From the NCBI GenBank assembly GCA_051294375.1, contig CM119269.1:12432790-12496789 (forward strand): a stretch of DNA of 64,000 bases, given 5' to 3'. The notes beneath the pieces were generated by a model. It was not told where the DNA came from, did not search any database, and saw only the letters and a program-made list of their open reading frames with translations. The translations under genes and the position numbers were made by a program. This DNA comes from Paraspadella gotoi. Its lineage: Eukaryota > Animalia > Chaetognatha. Below are positions 55,701 through 64,000 of the stretch, in pieces; position 1 is the first letter of the stretch, and each line of letters starts with the position of its first letter.

Positions 55701-58700
55701 AAGAACATGATCACCGGCACCTCTCAGGCCGATTGCGCGGTCCTCATTGTTGCTGCTGGAACAGGTAAACTAGTGTGAATTAAATTTCAGGAGAACATGA
55801 AGAATTCTTCATGATTGAATTGCTTTAATAAGGCATTTCTTTAATTTGTTGCTGCATTTTCAGGTGAATTCGAAGCCGGCATCTCCAAGGAAGGTCAAAC
55901 ACGTGAGCATGCCCTGCTCGCTTACACCCTGGGTGTGAAGCAGCTCATTGTTGGAGTTAACAAGATGGACACCACTGCACCCAAGCCATACAGTGAAGAG
56001 CGTTTCTTGGAAATTCGCAAGGAGGTCCAAAATTACATCAAGAAGATCGGTTACAATCCCAAGGAAGTCATCTTTTGCCCCATTTCTGGATGGCATGGAG
56101 ATAACATGCTGGAGAAGTCGGAGAAGATGACGTGGTGGTCTGGTGTAAGTATTGATTAATTGGTCATTGCAACTTCCTTTTATAAAAGTCATTTCTGCTT
56201 AGCGATTTATTTTATTGATGATTTTTGCATTAATATTACATTCATTTTAAGGGATATGGCGAGGGCAAGAAAGAGAAGGGTTGGGCCAAGGAAACCAAAG
56301 AGGGTGGAGCCAAGTCTGGCATGACCCTCATCGATGCTCTGGACTCCATCAACCCACCCAAGCGTCCCACTGACAAGCCTCTTCGTCTGCCTCTGCAAGA
56401 TGTCTACAAGATTGGTGGAATTGGCACAGTGCCTGTTGGTAAGTTTTGTGTCAAGATTGGCTAAACTGAGACCTTGATTCTTAATTTGTATAGCAAAAAC
56501 TTAAGCAAAATATAATTTTGTATTCAGGTCGTGTTGAAACTGGCAAACTCAAGCCTGGAATGGTTGTCAATTTTGCTCCAGCCAATGTTACCACTGAGGT
56601 TAGTAAAAATATTTTCTTAGATTTTTTCCCTTAGACACGATCAGTTAAGGGTTTACCTGCCCACTGATCAGCAAGAAGGGGCCCGGAATAATAATGAAGA
56701 GATGCCCTCCTTGCAGTGTCTTAAATCAATGCCTTCATTCTTTTGAATGATCTAGTATATTCCATAATGTTCCTTGAGCTCTATGGGCTATAACATGGGA
56801 CATTGTCCATACTAGCAACAACCATTAATTAATTTGTACATTGATGAGGTATTTAAATATCAAATTAATTACATTAAAAAAATAATTTTAGGTCAAGTCT
56901 GTGGAAATGCACCATGAGTCTTTGCCTGAGGCTCTACCCGGAGACAACGTTGGTTTCAACGTGAAGAATGTTTCCGTTAAGGAGATCCGTCGTGGAAATG
57001 TCGCTTCTGACTCGAAGAACGACCCTGCCAAGGAGTGCAAGAACTTCATGGCCCAGGTTTGTATTTTACTCGAATACTTTAATTTTTTTAAGAATAATTT
57101 GGTCATTAAAATTAATGTCTTCTTTTAGGTTATCGTTCTTAACCACCCGGGAACAATCAAGAATGGATACGCACCCGTTATGGATTGCCATACTGCCCAC
57201 ATTGCTGTCAAGTTTGAAGAGATTCTCAAGCGGTAATTAATTGTAGAAAATGTTATTTTCTATGCCTCGAGGGTCGCACGTTTGATTCGTCGGCTTTAAC
57301 ATGGAGCAAGGTTTTCTAACTCTCAAATGACATAAATGACGAATAAATCGTGAAGTTTGTTTATTGTAGAGGTAAATAAATGGCAAAATTAATGTAGTAC
57401 AATAAGTTCATGTAGAAAATCCTTGGATTCCGTAAAAACTACGGTTTCATACAGCCGATCTTTTCCAGAGAAACGATTATGATCGAATGACAAGTGACGA
57501 GATTTTCGGCTAAAAAGTTACAAGAAAGCGACTAGAACGGTGAAAAGACCAGGGAAAAATGACTGAACGCGAGGTCACAATCTTTTCTTCAAAATTCATT
57601 ACTTTTTAAGCGTTATTTTATGCAAAGTATATAATTTGGCTGTTTTAATCCAGGTTATGAACATTAGTCATATGAAAAGAATAAAATTTTAGAAAATTAA
57701 AATATAGCATATAAAACTTAAAAATAAAAACCAATATAAATACTTAAGTAAATTTATTTTTTAATTTTATACATTAGTGGGCACCAGTAAGCTATATTTA
57801 AATTTTAAGATCGGATTTGGATTCCTTGCAAAAAGTTGATATATGAAAGTATAATTCTTTTTTAAAAATTATTTCATTAAGTTGGTTAAAAATGTAAAAA
57901 ACTATATTTAAGACGTTGATTTTTAATTTTGAACTTAAAAATATAGTTTTTTATAATTTTAACCTATTTAAAACAAAATATAAATCTTTCTCAAAAATTA
58001 TATCATTATCAACTTTTAACGACGAATCTGATTCTGTTCTCAGCATTTAAAAAAAATATTTTAAAATTTTGACAATATATAAGGGTAGTAGTATATACAA
58101 AATAAGCTGACTGGGCTACTATATTTGTAAAAAAAGATAAATAATTACAGATTAGTATTCACAAATATGATAGTTTCAAGATATAACTGCTAAATTTTGA
58201 TTCCAAACTTTCACTTTACCCTAATGAACATAAATATCAGTAATTAATCTACTTTCATTACCTTTGCCCGTGGGTAATGTTCTAATTTACTAATGTACTT
58301 TCTTTCTATTTCCAGATGCGATCGCCGTTCGGGTAAAGAGCTAGAAGCTTTCCCGAAGACCATCAAGAATGGTGACGCCGCCATCGTTGAGATGATTCCC
58401 TCGAAGCCAATGGCGGTTGAGGCCTTCTCGGACTACCCGCCACTCGGCCGATTCGCTGTTCGTGACATGAGGCAGACCGTCGCCGTTGGCGTCATCAAGC
58501 AGGTATTGTTGACACGATTTGACTCAATTTATTATAATTTTATGATTTTGTTATTACTGGTCTAATTTTTTATCACTAATAACCAAACACTACTGTATAG
58601 TATATTACTTCCTTAATCTAATTTGCTATAATCGACATATTTTTAGTATCAATAGTTTTTTATCATTAAAGTAAATTTTGAGAAATGATTTTTACTCTTA

Positions 58701-58789
58701 ATAATTTAACTCCTATCCAGGTGGTGAAGAAAGAAGCGGCTGGCGGTAAAGTGACGAAGGCCGCTGAGAAGGCGCAGAAGAAGAAGTGA
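52776..58789 (+). CDS. EEF1A: Elongation factor 1-alpha, copy 2 (9 exons, intact)
   Basis: [51 protein letters not shown]. Confidence 0.97.
56631..56823 (+). ncRNA. U17/SNORA73/snR30-like H/ACA snoRNA, copy 2
   Basis: Near-identical to 39644-39836 with a compensatory change gcgag/ctcgc to gcaag/cttgc. Confidence 0.75.
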
Positions 58790-59332
58790 CACGCGGGCGT
58801 CTCCTTTCGCCTCACGATCGCCACCCAAATCCAAAGAGCGATTCGCAAAATACGGACCTTCTGTCCTTCGATAACGATTGATATTACGAATTTTCCGCGC
58901 TTTAGTGGTATTATTTGCCATCGAACCGAAGTCTTTAGGATATGATTACTCTGTTATTATTAGGATTCGAAAGCTTGACCTTTGGAGATTAACCATCATA
59001 CTCAAAATTCGCTTAATTATTTACGCTACGACCAAAATGTTTTCCTAGTTCTAATTTTTCTTTTTTTTTTATTTACGTGGTCCGATTCCTACTACACCGT
59101 GGAGATTTCGTTGTTTGTATTCTTTAACTTAATGATTCGTTTATTATTAAGGATAGAATGCTTCTTTTTGTCAAGTTGTACACTTGGATATGCATGTACC
59201 ATGTTTGTATGTGCAATCCTTAAAATAATTAGCGCTAAATTAAAACATGTACGAAAATTTTTGATACATGTCTTTTTTATTTTGAAACTTCAGATTTGAT
59301 GTAAATATTTGTTAAAAAAAAAAAGATTAAAA

Positions 59333-60452
59333 ATGGCGTTGGTGGTGCCGGAAAAGTTTCAGCACATTCTTCGTGTGATGAACACCAACATCGACGGCCG
59401 CCGTAAGATTATGTTCGCTATGACGAGCATCAAAGGTGAGAGGCTCTTAAACTAAATATATGCGGCATGGTGTTTATGAAAAAATATAAGTGAAACTTAA
59501 TTAAAATTATTTTTTTAAATCGACATAATATTTAAATTATTTTGTTAAAAAACTTACTAGGAAGGAGTATATTTATTTATTTTGTATTACGAAAGTTTTA
59601 TTTAATTTTAAATACGTTTACAAATTTTACTAATTATAAATATACAATAAGTTATCCTTTAGCAAAATTCATGTAAACCCCTTTTTAAATTAGACTTAAA
59701 CATAAAATTCGTTTTCTTACGCCTTGCTAAATTCATACGCCGCTAGTATTGCCATGTTATGGTCAGACGCAGTAACGAGTTGGTCATCTCTTAAATAAAA
59801 GTCAGTCAGGCAGGGTTTTTCCAAATACTACTGTCGATTGTAAATGATTTAGCTCCACGCGATGAGTATTTGATCTGGATCCGCCGCTGACTACGAGTCT
59901 ATTCGTCTTCGTATTCTCGATTTGGTTTCTCCCAATCGGATAAACTGAGATGACCATCTCGCTGCTGCGTCCGCCCTTTTTCGCCTGAAATCGATTCCGT
60001 CCTTCTCTTCTTAAGGTTGCGGTCGTCGCTTTTCCAACATCGTCTGCAAAAAGGCTGACGTGGATATGACTAAGAGGGCTGGCGAGTTGTCCGAGGAGGA
60101 GGTAACCATTAGTGTACACTTCTTAATTATTGTCCCATTTATTACCAAAGCTTCCAATTCTTCCCTCGATTCAAAGGTGGAGCGGATCGTGACGATCATG
60201 AACAACCCCCGCCAGTACAAGATCCCCGACTGGTTCCTTAATAGACAGAAGGACGTCAAGGACGGCAAGTTCAGTCAGGTCCTCTCCAACGGCCTCGACA
60301 ACAAGTTGCGCGAAGACCTGGAGCGACTAAAGAAGATCCGGGCCCACCGAGGACTCCGTCATTACTGGGGCCTCCGCGTTCGAGGTCAACACACCAAGAC
60401 GACCGGACGTCGCGGCCGCACTGTCGGTGTCTCCAAGAAGAAGGGCGGCTAA
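59333..60452 (+). CDS. RPS18: 40S ribosomal protein S18 (uS13), 3 exons
   Basis: [57 protein letters not shown]. Confidence 0.97.
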
Positions 60453-60718
60453 ACCTCTTGGGGTCGAAGGCCTCGTTTCTCTATTCGAGGAATTCTTGAC
60501 CCGGATGTTTTCCCTTTTAGTCCCCAAAATCTGTGGAAATATTCCAGATCTTTCTTCGATCGTGGGAACCGAGACTCGGAGACCTCTTCAATTTAATATT
60601 AAAGCCACTGAAACTTTTCTGCGCTCCCCATTGTCTCCCGAATGTTAAAATACTTATCGTATCCAGTTAGTTATTCAACTTTACTTATGAAGTTAATGTT
60701 ACCATTTAAAATTTGTAA

Positions 60719-61872
<1,154 letters not shown>

Positions 61873-62178
61873 TCGACGCCGAGCGATTCTGGACCAAGGA
61901 TTGGGAGATTCCTTTTCTATGGTTTTAAATTTAATTTTTTAGTCTAAAAACTGTAGATTACGAAAACAAAGTTATCGAACAATTTACAGATTGTTCTTTG
62001 CTAATTTCGGTAACATCCTGTTTAAAATTTTCAAGTTTTAAGGGAAAAAAAATTTCAGCCGCATTTTGGTTTTAGTCTTTTAGTATTTTATGCCATTTTT
62101 CGCGCCATAACATCGAACTTGCGAATTTACAGTGATAGATATCGTTTATTTATCTTCGAGTTGATAAAGTAATAAAAA

Positions 62179-63092
62179 ATGGGAGAGAAAAAAGGACTTC
62201 AAGCTGTGCAGGTTTTCGGGCGGAAGAAGACGGCAACCGCCGTCGCTCACTGCAAGAGAGGAAACGGGCTCTTGAAGGTAAGTCGCGATTATCTTTTGCG
62301 CGACTTTTGACTTGTAATTAAAAATATTAATACGTTTATTGATTAAAAAGGTTAATGGTCGACCTCTTCATCTCGTCGAACCCACAACTTTGAGATCCAA
62401 ACTCGAAGAACCCGTCTTGTTGCTGGGAAAGGATAGGTAATTGCGTTCGGCTTAGCCAGTTGGATGTATTTTCAATCTTTATTCTCACATTTCATGTCGT
62501 TTCAGATTCGCGGCCGTTGACATCAAAGTTCGCGTCAAGGGAGGTGGTCACGTCGCCCAGGTTTACGGTAAGTTCTCATTCTACTCGTTCCCTTTCCTTT
62601 TCTGGTCAAGGTACCTGGATGATCTCGTTCAAATGATCTTCTCGGCATTTAGACCAGATAAATAAAACCGACCCGAAAACCCTGCTCGGCGGAGATTTTC
62701 GTATCGCCGAGTTTCATTTATCGTTAGGGTTACAAATATTTTCTCATATTGACGTAGCATTATTATTATTTAGTCATTAAATAATACTACCTCATTTATA
62801 TCTCGCTTTCCCTCACTTCAGCCATCCGCCAGGCGATTTCCAAATCCCTCGTCGCCTATTATCAAAAATACGTGGACGAGGCGTCAAAGAAGGAGATTAA
62901 AGACATCCTCATCTCTTATGACCGATCTCTTCTCGTCGCCGACCCGAGGTCACTCCGTCACATCAAATTCTTTTTATTTATTTTTAATCTATTCTAATAT
63001 TTTTTTTATTTTTTTGTTCTTTTAGGCGAAACGAACCGAAGAAATTCGGTGGTCCCGGCGCTCGCGCTCGTTACCAAAAGTCCTACCGTTAA
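62179..63092 (+). CDS. RPS16: 40S ribosomal protein S16 (uS9), 5 exons
   Basis: [56 protein letters not shown]. Confidence 0.97.
62601..62737 (+). ncRNA. Intronic H/ACA snoRNA
   Basis: Hairpin tctggtc/gaccaga, H box AGATAA, hairpin accc..ctcggcg/cgccgag..gggt, ACA+3. Confidence 0.7.
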
Positions 63093-63622
63093 CTCTTTCA
63101 TTTTTGTTTAGTTGCTACTTCATTTCCCAAGTTTGACCCTTTTGACGAATTTACATTGAAACGTTCTTCCGTTTTTCATCTAGAACCTTTCATTTTCTTC
63201 CAATAACCTCAGATACCCCAATCCCAAATTTTCTGGATTTAAAAACTGGACAAATTGCCAGAAATCCTAAGTCACCGACTCGCTTTAGATTAAATTGGGA
63301 GAAAGAAACTTGTTTCGCTCGAATATTTCTCTCTCCTGCTAAAAATGTTTGAAAAGTATTAGATTCCATTGATAGCATTGTTTAGAATACTTTCCTCTTG
63401 ATCATTGTTCCATTTTGTATCCTTTTATAATTCAATATAGTTTTAAAGAGAACACCCGAGCGATTCCACCAATTGGCGTTTTGTTCCTCATCGAGCGAAT
63501 CGGAGTCCGTAACTCATTTAAAACCCCGCCGCTCTTTGATTTTACTACTACAAAGGTTCGCAAAGACTTCATAGTATTTTTCTAAAATGATATTTGTTAA
63601 TAAGTTAATCTTTTTAGACAAG

Positions 63623-64000
63623 ATGTCCGGTGGCCTCGAAGTTCTCGCGTTGAAGGAGGAGGACGTGGTCAAGTTCCTGGCTTGCTCCGCTCACCTGGGA
63701 GCCAACCAGAGCGACTTTCAGGTAAGTTCATTCATTTCTCATTTAATATATTGGTTTTAAAATGCTATGTTTCTTTTTAACGTAGATGGAACAGTATTGT
63801 TACAAACGAAAAGCGGACGGACAATACATCATCAACCTGAAGAAGCTTTGGGAGAAGCTGCTTCTTGCTGCCAGAGCGATTGCTGCCATTGAAAATCCCG
63901 GTGAGAAATTTACAAATACCATTAATCCCTAGCTCATTGTTTTGCTCGGTGCATTCGGACTTTTCCACCGTTTCTTTTTAGCTGACGTCTGCGTCATCTC
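63623..64000 (+). CDS. RPSA: 40S ribosomal protein SA (uS2/p40), 5' part; continues beyond the window
   Basis: [33 protein letters not shown]|[38 protein letters not shown]|ADVCVIS. Confidence 0.96.

Overview
Eukaryotic (animal-like, AT-rich, GA-microsatellite-rich) genomic window with GT-AG introns. The left ~35 kb holds one large multi-exon + strand gene for a CUB-repeat/LDLa single-pass receptor whose tail ends in a PDZ-type ligand (ETCV). Its ~10 kb GC-AG intron contains a deleted Gypsy LTR element and an intronless gene with an unusual BTB-BACK / ubiquitin-like / CCCH / F5-8C-like architecture. From ~37.7 kb to the window end lies the most striking feature: nine co-oriented housekeeping genes (EF1A, alpha-tubulin, RPL3, RPS21, a second EF1A, RPS18, RPL10, RPS16, RPSA). 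Most are 300-550 bp apart, most have a splice-acceptor-like site just upstream of the ATG, and I found no AATAAA in the 3' regions of the six short spacers. This is an operon-like translation/ribosome-biogenesis supercluster. Its introns, including non-coding introns between cistrons, host about 19 candidate snoRNAs (10 C/D, 9 H/ACA), among them two U17/snR30-like copies and several dual-guide C/D RNAs. Penelope-type minimal hammerhead motifs, MITEs, HINE-like elements and SINEs are interspersed. All calls were made by eye. rRNA target positions use yeast/human numbering recalled from conserved rRNA sequence; this organism's rRNA is not in the window.
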